DNA of 64,000 bases from the NCBI GenBank assembly GCA_033723415.1, contig JAWVXD010000003.1, positions 192,001 to 256,000 of the forward strand, in the 5' to 3' direction. This DNA comes from Sulfurospirillaceae bacterium. Lineage in GTDB: Bacteria > Campylobacterota > Campylobacteria > Campylobacterales > Sulfurospirillaceae. The notes below the pieces were generated by a model. The model had not been told where the DNA came from. It saw nothing but the letters and a program-made list of their open reading frames with translations, and ran no database searches. Numbering within the stretch: position 1 is the stretch's first letter; every line of letters starts with the position of its first letter. The position numbers were made by a program, and so were the translations under genes. Positions 18,419 to 27,560 of this stretch are shown here, piece after piece.

Positions 18419-19693
18419 ATGAGTATTATAATTCCAAAAGTAGCAACAAGGCAACACATAGGTTTTATAGGAACAACTGGTTCGGGAAAAACTCAAGGTA
18501 TGATGCAAATATTTGAGGCTTTTTTTCATTCAAAAAAAATCATAATCGATGTGAAAGGAGATTATGTTTCAACATTTAAAAAAGAAGATGATTTGATTTT
18601 TTGTCCGCTTGATGAACGAACTATCAAATGGAATATTTTTAACGATATTGAAACATACCAAGATGTAGCAAACATTGCCTTATCTTTAATTCCAGAAAAT
18701 CCAAAAGTTAGTGATCAATATTTTGATCGAGCTGCAAGAAGTGTTCTTGAGGGTGTTTTAATAGGCTTATCAAAAATGCAAAAACCAAGTAATAAAATGA
18801 TATGGGAAACTATTACATCGCCCAAAAATATTATAGAAATTATGAAAACAGATGATGAAGCAAAACAGAAAATGGAAGCTCACATCGATGACGGCTTAGA
18901 TAAACAAACTAGAGGTATCATAGGTACAATTTTGGCGAATGCTGGAGGGGCACTGGAAGCTCTTGCAAATATGGATGGTGATTTTTCTTTTAAAAAGTGG
19001 ACTCAAAATGAAATAAATAAAAAAAGCATCTTTTTACTGGGTGAAGAGAGAATTTTGGACTCTATGCTGCCGCTTTATAGATTAGTTGTAGAGATAGTTG
19101 CAGGAGAGCTTTTGTCAATGCTAGATGATGAGAATAGAGAATTGTTCTTTTGGTTAGATGAGTTACCAAGACTTAAAAAACTGCATAAGGTTATAGATCT
19201 TATGACATTAGCTCGTTCAAAGGGCGGTAAAGTTGTTTATTCCGTTCAAACAATAAAACAGTTGGAAGAGCAATACAAACGAGAGGGGATGGTCACTATC
19301 CTTGATACGACTAACACCAAATTTATTTATAGAACATCCGATGCTCAAGATTTAGAAAAAATCCTTGGACAGCAAGAGGTTTTAGAATATACTGAGTCTC
19401 GTTCTTGGGGGCCGAACGATATGAGAGACGGTGGTGGTCATACAAAACCTAAAAAAATAAAATATGTTGTTTTAGCCTCCGAAATACAAAATTTAAGACC
19501 TTTAGAGTTTTATGTAAAAAGCATCGCTCCATATGTCACAAAAGCACGATTAGAGTATATCGGAAGAGATCCAAAATGTTTAAAATTTGTCCCAAACATT
19601 AGAAAAATTAAAAAAGCAGGAGATTTTTATAAAAATCTTGTGAAGCTAACCCCAGTAAATAGTGAAAAGATTGATTTTGAGGAGTTCTTGTAA
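18419..19693 (+). CDS. type IV coupling protein ATPase domain (TraD/TrwB family)
   Basis: GTTGSGKT, IIDVKGDY, WNIF, FWLDELPRL, ARSKGG, SEIQNL motifs. Confidence 0.9.
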   Translation: MSIIIPKVATRQHIGFIGTTGSGKTQGMMQIFEAFFHSKKIIIDVKGDYVSTFKKEDDLIFCPLDERTIKWNIFNDIETYQDVANIALSLIPENPKVSDQYFDRAARSVLEGVLIGLSKMQKPSNKMIWETITSPKNIIEIMKTDDEAKQKMEAHIDDGLDKQTRGIIGTILANAGGALEALANMDGDFSFKKWTQNEINKKSIFLLGEERILDSMLPLYRLVVEIVAGELLSMLDDENRELFFWLDELPRLKKLHKVIDLMTLARSKGGKVVYSVQTIKQLEEQYKREGMVTILDTTNTKFIYRTSDAQDLEKILGQQEVLEYTESRSWGPNDMRDGGGHTKPKKIKYVVLASEIQNLRPLEFYVKSIAPYVTKARLEYIGRDPKCLKFVPNIRKIKKAGDFYKNLVKLTPVNSEKIDFEEFL

Positions 19694-19696
19694 TCG

Positions 19697-19719
19697 AGGA
19701 GAGTTTCGAACTCTCCTCC
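19697..19719. terminator. hairpin terminator
   Basis: GAGGAGAG...CTCTCCTC. Confidence 0.6.
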
Positions 19720-19883
19720 TAAATACCAATTAAACGATGGATTATCCCAACTAGCAGATCTTTAAAAAGAACCATTATCGCTTCGCTTTTAAAAGCAAAT
19801 AACCACATAAAAGCAACTGCCCATAAAATTTTCTTTGATAAAAGATTTCCTAAGAGCTCACCAAAAAATATTCTCATCAACAT
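19719..19883 (-). CDS. 54-aa hydrophobic protein
   Basis: MLMRIFFGELLGNLLSKKILWAVAFMWLF...; AAGGAG RBS. Confidence 0.55.
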   Translation of the reverse strand: MLMRIFFGELLGNLLSKKILWAVAFMWLFAFKSEAIMVLFKDLLVGIIHRLIGI

Positions 19884-19924
19884 AACTAACTCCTTTTTGG
19901 AAGATAAGAGAGAAGGCTTTAAAA

Positions 19925-20290
19925 TTAAATTGTTGTTAAATAATGTAATTTCCTCTTAACTTGTATGCCGTTTTCATCAATCATTTCTCTCATGTTTTGC
20001 TCTTCGATTTCAAGCCCTAAATTTTCCCCATGCGGACGGGCGTATCTAATCCCTTTTTTTGCTAACTCTTCGGCGAACATACTTGCAAGTTCTGTATTAA
20101 ACACATCTCTCCGATTTTCTGTTACCGCATGAAAATTAAAAAGACTATCCCCTAGTCCTATTTTTGTGTATAGACTTGTTATAGATTTAAGATTGTTCTT
20201 TTTCATAACTTTTTTTAACAACCTTTCGCTTTTTAAAACTGTATTTAAATCAAAATACTTAATATGTGTAATAATCTCTTTTGCTTTCAT
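19925..20290 (-). CDS. hypothetical protein
   Basis: 121-aa ORF with AAGGA RBS. Confidence 0.7.
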   Translation of the reverse strand: MKAKEIITHIKYFDLNTVLKSERLLKKVMKKNNLKSITSLYTKIGLGDSLFNFHAVTENRRDVFNTELASMFAEELAKKGIRYARPHGENLGLEIEEQNMREMIDENGIQVKRKLHYLTTI

Positions 20291-20508
20291 TTTTTATCCT
20301 TTTTAGTTTAAATTTTTGATATGTAGCTAATCTTGCTAACCATTTTTTTGCACTCTCTCTTTTTTGTTCTTTGCCTATATTTTTACTCCTTTCGTCATTC
20401 TCGATTTTTATAATATTGTCTCCTTTACCTATATTCATAAAACTATCAATCGGCCGTAGCCAACTTGATAGAACATTGCTTCTTTTCTTGTCGTATTTTG
20501 TATAATTA

Positions 20509-20566
20509 TAGCGAAATACGCTAATATTGTCAAGTGATTTTCGATATTTAATAGCGATTTCCGCTA
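20509..20566. promoter_or_regulatory. paired palindromic operators TAGCG-N5-CGCTA in a divergent promoter
   Basis: 20509-20523 and 20552-20566, next to TATAAT boxes on both strands. Confidence 0.6.
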
Positions 20567-20611
20567 ATTTGTGATATAATATAAAATTAATGAAGTTATT
20601 AAGGGAATAGT

Positions 20612-20812
20612 ATGTTAAATGATATGGAAATAATGAGGCTTTTTGGTATTCCAAATACTACCATGAGAGATTGGAAAAAAAAAGATAAAAGCGACTGGAG
20701 ATACAAGATTGCTATGTTTTTAAAGAGTCAAGATAAAGAGCGTGTAGAAGCATTTTTAAAGGCTTATGAGCTTGAGAAACTTTCTCCCTCAACACCCCAA
20801 AGTGCTCATTAG
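20612..20812 (+). CDS. small HTH protein
   Basis: EIMRLFGIPNTTMRDWKK. Confidence 0.75.
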   Translation: MLNDMEIMRLFGIPNTTMRDWKKKDKSDWRYKIAMFLKSQDKERVEAFLKAYELEKLSPSTPQSAH

Positions 20813-20850
20813 CTCAAAAATGCTAAAATACTTTAGTAAAGGAGTTAAAG

Positions 20851-20928
20851 ATGAATAGCTCAATATTATTAATGATCATTCTTGGTGTGGGTTCTATGGT
20901 TGCCGCTTATTTTGCATTAAAATCATGA
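20851..20928 (+). CDS. 25-aa hydrophobic peptide
   Basis: MNSSILLMIILGVGSMVAAYFALKS, AAGGAG RBS. Confidence 0.45.
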   Translation: MNSSILLMIILGVGSMVAAYFALKS

Positions 20929-21125
20929 TCTACCAAATATAAATATGTGTGAATATTCTATTATTCATTAATGGTGTCAAACGAATTGCTAAAATTGGCA
21001 CTAAGGATATGAAAAAAGTCGAGTCTGTAGAGTCTGTAAAACACCTTTACTTAAAGCATATCCATATTTTGCTACATCCTCAGCCATATCAACAATATCA
21101 TATGTATTCTCACTCATAAATACTC

Positions 21126-22358
21126 CTATTGTTTAAGAGATTTCAAAATTTCCATTGTTGGCATAGTTGGACTTGAATCTTGGGCTAATAATCCAGTATC
21201 AACTCGACTAAATAATGCTTGTAATATAATACTTTGGTTTTCTTTAGCTATTTCAGCACCTTCATTCATTAATGATAAATAAACATACGTTAATTGTTCT
21301 CTCTCCTCAGCATCTCGTTTTAGATGAAAAGAGCTAAAAGCTAATTTTGCAAATGAGCGGATCATAAATATGTATATTGTTATCATTGTGCCAAAAATAA
21401 CAACACCTTCAAGATTATTTAAAGCTAATTTTAACTCCTTGGCGTATAGCCATTGCGTGAAATAATGGCCAAAAATACACATTCCTCCTAACAGTAGGAT
21501 GGTCAATATCAGAAAATGCCAGTTACCTTGAGTTTGGTAAGTTTTTGCTCTTTGATTCCAATAGTCTGCAGGTTTTTTCAATCTAAGCAACTCTTGATAA
21601 GTATTTTCTAATTCTTGTGCTCGATTTTTTTGTTTTTCAATATAATCTTCAAATTCATTTTTAGTGTTTTCCATATAAGTATTGAATTCATTGTCGCGTT
21701 TTTTTTGAGTACGTTGTAAGAGTTTTGCATTGACTCTTTTGAATTTTTTATTATAGTCTATAATTTCAACTTGTGTATTTTCCCAAGTTTTTTCATATTT
21801 GTCTGTCTTTTTAATTAGATCATTTGTTTTATCATCAAGTCTATTTATAAAATTTTCAAAAGTTTTTTCTTCCCCTAGTCGTCTTGTTACAATATCAGAT
21901 TTATTTTGCATCTGATATTCATATGCTAATATAGCTCCTTTAAGATTATCATATTGGTTGATATCTAGGAGCCTTTTTTGCAATATTGCCATTAAAAATG
22001 CTAAACCCGTGTTTGGTGATAATTTACAATTCTCGATAAAATTAATAACATATGGATGTCCACTCCAAAGCCATTGCCTATCCAAATTGTTCATTTCATT
22101 TTGTATAACTTGCAATAAATTGATATATTGTACAGACTCTAGCGTATCTATTTTTGCTTCAAAATCATTAACTTTTTGAAGTATCATGGGTAAAGATTTT
22201 TTAGCATTAATAAATGGAGGAGGAAGCGTACCACCAGGAGCATTTTCTTCCAAAAAATCAATTTCATTTTGTAGAAAATCTTTAATTTCTGATACTGACT
22301 TATACTCAAAACCTTTCCCAGAATAATCTCGGAACGAAACTTGAAAACTATTTGCCAC
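21126..22358 (-). CDS. coiled-coil protein with two C-terminal TM segments (DUF6161-like)
   Basis: YW..RA, SSFHLKRDAEEREQLTYVYLSL, ALFSR.DTGLL. Confidence 0.7.
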   Translation of the reverse strand: MANSFQVSFRDYSGKGFEYKSVSEIKDFLQNEIDFLEENAPGGTLPPPFINAKKSLPMILQKVNDFEAKIDTLESVQYINLLQVIQNEMNNLDRQWLWSGHPYVINFIENCKLSPNTGLAFLMAILQKRLLDINQYDNLKGAILAYEYQMQNKSDIVTRRLGEEKTFENFINRLDDKTNDLIKKTDKYEKTWENTQVEIIDYNKKFKRVNAKLLQRTQKKRDNEFNTYMENTKNEFEDYIEKQKNRAQELENTYQELLRLKKPADYWNQRAKTYQTQGNWHFLILTILLLGGMCIFGHYFTQWLYAKELKLALNNLEGVVIFGTMITIYIFMIRSFAKLAFSSFHLKRDAEEREQLTYVYLSLMNEGAEIAKENQSIILQALFSRVDTGLLAQDSSPTMPTMEILKSLKQ

Positions 22359-22411
22359 GAATATTCCTTATTATTTTAAATATATTATATACCACCTGAA
22401 TCAAATTTTAA

Positions 22412-23086
22412 TTATTTATCAAATGCTATTTCTTTAATTCTATAACAATCCACCACATGATCTTTCAATTTATCATGTCTGTAATCAACATTGAGTACGT
22501 TGTCATATTTAAAACACTTCTCAAAATGTGCTTTGTTGTTATAATATATTCGATAGAGTGTTGATGGTATAACAACATGGTTTCTTATTGTATGATTTGG
22601 ATTATCATACTTTGCTATTGAGATGGAATTAATATAGCCTAGCTTTTGAGCAAGAGCTCTTCCATACCTTTCTACTTTGATCCAAGTCTTTTGATTCACC
22701 ATTGCGCTTTGAGGAACAATATTAGCCATAGTATAAGCTTTTCTCAGTGCTTTATGATCATAATCAAAATCTGCATCTGATACAATAAAGTGACCTCGGT
22801 TCCAATCTTTTCCATACCCTCTATAATCTTTGGATTTTGATCTATATTGTACCGGTATTGTCTTTTCACTATAAAACTTCATTCTTCTTTTGATATTGTT
22901 CTTATTGACTAAAGATCCATCTAATCTGACCCAACCAGACAAAGCTCCTTTATATTTATAGGAGTAACAGATATGATAGAGTTGTTTATCTATGATTTGA
23001 TCACACTTGGAGGTATTTACAAAATCGGATAGATTGGTTGCGTAGAGGGATAAAGTTAGTATTGATAGAAGAAGGAGTTTTTTCAT
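22412..23086 (-). CDS. secreted DNA/RNA non-specific endonuclease
   Basis: signal peptide; NRGH, NIVPQ..N...W..E His-Me motifs. Confidence 0.9.
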   Translation of the reverse strand: MKKLLLLSILTLSLYATNLSDFVNTSKCDQIIDKQLYHICYSYKYKGALSGWVRLDGSLVNKNNIKRRMKFYSEKTIPVQYRSKSKDYRGYGKDWNRGHFIVSDADFDYDHKALRKAYTMANIVPQSAMVNQKTWIKVERYGRALAQKLGYINSISIAKYDNPNHTIRNHVVIPSTLYRIYYNNKAHFEKCFKYDNVLNVDYRHDKLKDHVVDCYRIKEIAFDK

Positions 23087-23161
23087 AGATATCCTATGTA
23101 CTTCGTTTTTTATAATTTTACAATAATTTTTTACTATAAAATAGAAAATGTCAAAATTGAA

Positions 23162-24421
23162 TTACTTATTTGTTATTTCTATTGTATTTAAAAGTCTAAC
23201 TAGACTTCTTGCAACAGCATATGACAAATTGACTGGTACTGCATTTCCAATTTGCTTATATTGATTTGTTGTTGAACCTGCAAACTCCCAATCATCAGGG
23301 AAAGTTTGTATCCTTGCATATTCTCTAACTGTTAATGGTCTTGTCTCCTCAGGATGACATCTTTCTGTCTGTTTTTGTGCGGGAGCACAAGTTAATGTCA
23401 AGCTTGGCTCATCATATGACAATCTTCTGGCCATACCAGTTTTTCCGCCACCAAGAAAGTAACTTTTTTGCATATATTCTCTTTGCAAATCATCTGGAAG
23501 ATCTTTCCAATATCCACCTGCTGGAACTAAATCTAAGATCTCTTTTTTTCTTTTAGGATATTGTTGCCCCGCTGAATCTGGAACATCACTATTGTATAAA
23601 TCCCCTTTTTTGAGAGCATCTTTCATAGTCATTATTCTTTTATATGGAGATGGCCACCTAAAATCATTTGATGATATTTTTTCCATTATATCTTTTCTTA
23701 CTCCTACAAAAAATAATCTTTCTCTTTTTTGTGGAACTTGATAAAATATTGCTTTTAAAACATTAGGTTCAGTGATTAATTCATAGCCTATATCTTCAAT
23801 AACAGATTTTATTGATGCTAAAGTTCTTCCCTCATCATGTTTTAGTAATCCTCTTACATTTTCTGCCAAAAATATTGTAGGTTCACATTCTTTTACAGCT
23901 CTAGCAAATTCAAAAAACAGTGTACCTCTAGCATCTTCAAAACCTAGTTTTTTCCCTGCATAAGAAAAAGCCTGACAAGGAAAACCTCCAGATAAAATAT
24001 CTATTTTACCTTTGTATTTTGTAAAATCTAATTTTGAGACATCTCCCTCTACAACATTCCAAGACGGTCTATTCTGTCTTAATGTTTGACAAGCAAATTT
24101 GTCTATCTCATTTAACAAAATAGCATCTAAACCTGCTTTTTCAAAACCTAATGCCAAACCTCCAGCTCCTGCAAATAATTCTATTGATTTATATTTTCTC
24201 AATGGCTTAGTTGTGAGCTCTTCATCCCATAATGTATTAAACATCAGCTGTGCTTCTTCAAAATCACTTAATTGAGTTCTATGATATACTCTATAATTAT
24301 TTATAGGATGTCTAATGGGTTCTAATTTACCATTTTTATCCCATCTTCTTAAAGTTTCTTTCGAGACTGATAATATATCAGCTACTTCTGAAATATTGTA
24401 ATATTCTTTTTCCATTGTCAT
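23162..24421 (-). CDS. dcm: C5 cytosine methyltransferase with N-terminal MerR-like HTH (Eco47II/Sau96I-like)
   Basis: FAGAGG, GFPCQ, ENV, QKRER, RIQTFP motifs. Confidence 0.93.
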   Translation of the reverse strand: MTMEKEYYNISEVADILSVSKETLRRWDKNGKLEPIRHPINNYRVYHRTQLSDFEEAQLMFNTLWDEELTTKPLRKYKSIELFAGAGGLALGFEKAGLDAILLNEIDKFACQTLRQNRPSWNVVEGDVSKLDFTKYKGKIDILSGGFPCQAFSYAGKKLGFEDARGTLFFEFARAVKECEPTIFLAENVRGLLKHDEGRTLASIKSVIEDIGYELITEPNVLKAIFYQVPQKRERLFFVGVRKDIMEKISSNDFRWPSPYKRIMTMKDALKKGDLYNSDVPDSAGQQYPKRKKEILDLVPAGGYWKDLPDDLQREYMQKSYFLGGGKTGMARRLSYDEPSLTLTCAPAQKQTERCHPEETRPLTVREYARIQTFPDDWEFAGSTTNQYKQIGNAVPVNLSYAVARSLVRLLNTIEITNK

Positions 24422-24534
24422 AATTAAACCTTATTCAACCTTATTTATGGTTATTATATCTAAAATATTATTAAACTTACCCTATATTTAAACTTGCTAT
24501 GATTACAAATCAATCAAATTTTAGGTAGGTTAAT

Positions 24535-25224
24535 ATGTCGTATTTTAAAAATGATGATGCACTTTCAAAAATAATAAAAAAGATTTATGATGCTTATGTA
24601 GCTGCTAAATCTTCTAATGATATTCATAGTAATGTCATTGATCCATTTTCAGCTTTATTGGAAGCAAGTTTTAATGAAATGACTTATGATGAGTGGATTG
24701 TAGCAGAAGAGTCTAGGCAAGTACAAAAAACATTGCAAAATGCAATAGGAAGTTTTCACGAAGAGATAATTGGTGAAATTAAGGGTTTTGAGAATTTAAA
24801 AGTTGGTGAGATTATAGATATTGTTTCTAAAGATAAAAAAATCATTGCAGAGATTAAAAATAAATGGAATACTACAAAGGGAAATCATAAAGTAGCAATA
24901 TATGATGATATAGCATCAGTATTAACTACTATTGGAGATGGATTTACTGGATACTATGTAGAAATAGTTCCTAAAAAATCAACTCAATATAATAAAGAAT
25001 TTACTCCTTCTGACAATAAAACTCACTCACAAAGAACAGCAAACTCTAAAATTAGAGTAATTGATGGCAAAAGCTTTTACGCAATGATAACTGGTGATGA
25101 AAATGCCGTATTTAAAATTTATAATGAAATAGTAGCAGAACTTGAAAAGCTTGGTTTAAATACAGAGGATGACTTTAAAAAACTTTTAACAAAAGCTTAT
25201 GGAGAACCAACTCAACAATCTTAA
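24535..25224 (+). CDS. type II restriction endonuclease, Eco47II-like
   Basis: RQVQKTLQNAIGSFHE, D...EIKNKWNT; divergent from MTase. Confidence 0.85.
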   Translation: MSYFKNDDALSKIIKKIYDAYVAAKSSNDIHSNVIDPFSALLEASFNEMTYDEWIVAEESRQVQKTLQNAIGSFHEEIIGEIKGFENLKVGEIIDIVSKDKKIIAEIKNKWNTTKGNHKVAIYDDIASVLTTIGDGFTGYYVEIVPKKSTQYNKEFTPSDNKTHSQRTANSKIRVIDGKSFYAMITGDENAVFKIYNEIVAELEKLGLNTEDDFKKLLTKAYGEPTQQS

Positions 25225-25237
25225 TCATCTTCCGTTA

Positions 25238-25351
25238 AAAAATAACCCTCGGATAAGTCAGATAAGTCCTTTTTCTTCGGATAAGTCCAATTTTAGGGGT
25301 ATTGAGGAAAGAGAATACTTGTCGGATAGTCGATCTAGTTTTCGGATAAGT
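25238..25351. repeat. inverted copy of the iteron block at 1618-1732
   Basis: near-identical reverse complement. Confidence 0.85.
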
Positions 25352-25519
25352 TGCCAAAGTTCAAAACTTGCCAAATTGACTATATATCTAAAAAACGGAT
25401 ATCTGACACAAAAAAGTGTCACCTAAAGTGTCACTAAAATCATCAAAATAAGCATAAAATAGCGTTAATTGTATATGGCTAAATCCCCATAATTAAGTAT
25501 TTAAGGGTTTTTGGACTTC

Positions 25520-25567
25520 TCTCATAAGCCGGAGGTCGGGAGTTCAAGTCTCCCTCTTGACACCACT
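25520..25567 (+). repeat. attR: duplicated tRNA 3' half from the anticodon loop
   Basis: 25531-25567 identical to 1-37; no tRNA 5' half upstream. Confidence 0.92.
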
Positions 25568-25695
25568 ACTTATTTATTCCCTAAAATACGAGATTTCAGA
25601 GAAAGATTTTTTAAATTGTGCCCAAATTGTGGGGGTGTAATTCCGGAGACAGGATACCTAATTATTGATTCAAAATAATATTGCTATCATGCACT

Positions 25696-25812
25696 ATGGC
25701 AAGGATCAAAAGAATAGTATTGCCTGATATACCACACCATATAACACCAAGAGGTGTTTACCAGAATTCTCTTTCGCTATGCATCATTTTACAACTCACA
25801 AAGATGGTATAG
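25696..25812 (+). pseudogene. N-terminal remnant of a Y1/RAYT-type transposase
   Basis: MARIKRIVLPDIPHHITPRG then loses similarity and stops. Confidence 0.65.
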
Positions 25813-25920
25813 ATATCTTGATTTTTTATCTCCTAGCGAGTTTGAAAAAGATATAATTAATAATTAGGATTTTACCTGGTATGTTGCACTGTCATGATTT
25901 AGGATAAAGGATTTAAAATT

Positions 25921-27528
25921 ATGGAATTTGATAACACAGCTTACAATTATGCATCTAGAAGAACCGTGGTTCAAGGGAAAAAGGGCATGGTAGCCACTTC
26001 TCAACCTTTAGCAGCACAAGCAGGGTTGGATATGTTAAAAAAAGGAGGCAATGCTGTAGATGCCGCAGTTGCTACGGCAGCTTGTCTCACGGTAGTCGAA
26101 CCAACATCAAATGGCATAGGAGGAGATGCATTTGCCATCATATCTTTTGAAGGAAAACTACTTGGACTAAACGCAAGCGGAGCTTCACCTGAACTTTTGT
26201 CCTATGATGAGCTTAAAAAAAGAGGCTTAAAAGAAATACCGAAATTTGGATTAACACCGGTAACAGTTCCGGGAGTACCTAAAGCTTGGGCCGAGCTCAT
26301 TGAAAAATACGGAAAACTATCGTTAATGGAAGTTTTAGAACCTGCCATAAGATATGCTGAGGAAGGACATCCGATTTCTGCTACAGTTTCTCAGTTATGG
26401 AACCAAGGATATGAAAGATTTAAAAAAGAGACTGAAGGTAAGGTATTTGAAAACTGGTACAAGGTATTTATGCCTGATGGATATCCGGTTGTGCCTGGTC
26501 AAATATGGAAATCAAAATACCATGCACAGACTCTAAGAGAAATCGCTCAGACGATGTCTGATTCTTTCTATAAAGGGGAATTAGCCGATAAGATCCATAA
26601 ATTTTCAGTAGAAAATGATGGTTTTATTAGAAAAAGCGACTTAGAAAAATTTGAAGTAGAGTGGGTTAAACCTATCAGTGTAAATTATAGAGGATACGAC
26701 GTTTGGGAAATACCTCCCAACGGTAGTGGGATAGTAGCTCTTATCGCACTTAATATACTGAAAAACTTTAAATTTACAGAAAGAGAAACCTTTGAGACGT
26801 ATCATAAACAGATTGAAGCTTTAAAACTGGCATTTGCAGATGGAGAAAAATACATCAGTGATCCTAGATTTATGGATATAAGTATTGAAAGTCTTCTCTC
26901 ACAAGAGTACGGAAAAGAAAGAGCTAAACTCATAGGTGAAAAATCTATGCTACCTGAGCCGGGAGAACCTGATAAAGGAGGAACGGTATACCTCGCAACA
27001 GCCGATGAAGAAGGTAATATGGTTTCTTATATACAAAGCAATTATATGGGATTTGGTTCTGGGGTGGTAGTTCCCCAAACCGGTATTTCACTACAGAACA
27101 GAGGAAAGAATTTCAATATGATCGAAGATCATGTCAATTGCGTAGCACCGAACAAGAAACCTTACCATACCATCATCCCTGGATTTATAACAAAAGACGG
27201 CAAGCCTATAGGACCTTTTGGCGTCATGGGAGGATTTATGCAGCCTCAGGGACATGTCCAAGTAGTGTCTAGCATGATAGATTTTCATCTAAACCCACAA
27301 GATGCATTAAATGCTCCAAGATGGCAGTGGATCGAGGGGAAAAAAGTAGAAATTGAAACAGCTGTAAACAAAACATTAGCTGAAAAATTAGCAAATGCAG
27401 GTCATGACATAGACATAAAAATAAGCGATACAACCTTTGGAAGAGGACAAATTATATTAAGAGATGACCAAGGTGTTTATACAGGAGCTACAGAGCCAAG
27501 AACAGATGGCTGTGTAGCCGTATGGTAA
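25921..27528 (+). CDS. ggt: gamma-glutamyltransferase family protein
   Basis: GGNAVDAA, GGDAF, GTVYLATAD nucleophile Thr, PYHTIIP. Confidence 0.93.
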   Translation: MEFDNTAYNYASRRTVVQGKKGMVATSQPLAAQAGLDMLKKGGNAVDAAVATAACLTVVEPTSNGIGGDAFAIISFEGKLLGLNASGASPELLSYDELKKRGLKEIPKFGLTPVTVPGVPKAWAELIEKYGKLSLMEVLEPAIRYAEEGHPISATVSQLWNQGYERFKKETEGKVFENWYKVFMPDGYPVVPGQIWKSKYHAQTLREIAQTMSDSFYKGELADKIHKFSVENDGFIRKSDLEKFEVEWVKPISVNYRGYDVWEIPPNGSGIVALIALNILKNFKFTERETFETYHKQIEALKLAFADGEKYISDPRFMDISIESLLSQEYGKERAKLIGEKSMLPEPGEPDKGGTVYLATADEEGNMVSYIQSNYMGFGSGVVVPQTGISLQNRGKNFNMIEDHVNCVAPNKKPYHTIIPGFITKDGKPIGPFGVMGGFMQPQGHVQVVSSMIDFHLNPQDALNAPRWQWIEGKKVEIETAVNKTLAEKLANAGHDIDIKISDTTFGRGQIILRDDQGVYTGATEPRTDGCVAVW

Positions 27529-27560
27529 TAACAGCTAGATTTAAATAAGCAGGAAGATAC

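Larger units (their letters stand above)
1..25567. mobile_element. tRNA-integrated integrative mobilizable element (~25.5 kb)
   Basis: 37-bp identical direct repeat at 1-37 and 25531-25567; adjacent integrase; relaxase and coupling protein inside. Confidence 0.92.

Noticed and set aside
20259..20654. 131-aa minus-strand ORF
   Set aside because: Spans the divergent promoter and operators and overlaps the HTH gene; at most a short 3' part may be coding
25199..25426. 75-aa ORF similar to the Rep C-terminus
   Set aside because: By-product of the inverted iteron duplication; overlaps the REase end and has no clear RBS
25520..25565. Second intact tRNA gene
   Set aside because: Only the half from the anticodon loop onward is present; it is the att duplication
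1..25567. Prophage or PICI call
   Set aside because: No capsid, terminase, tail or lysis genes recognised; relaxase and T4CP indicate conjugative mobilisation
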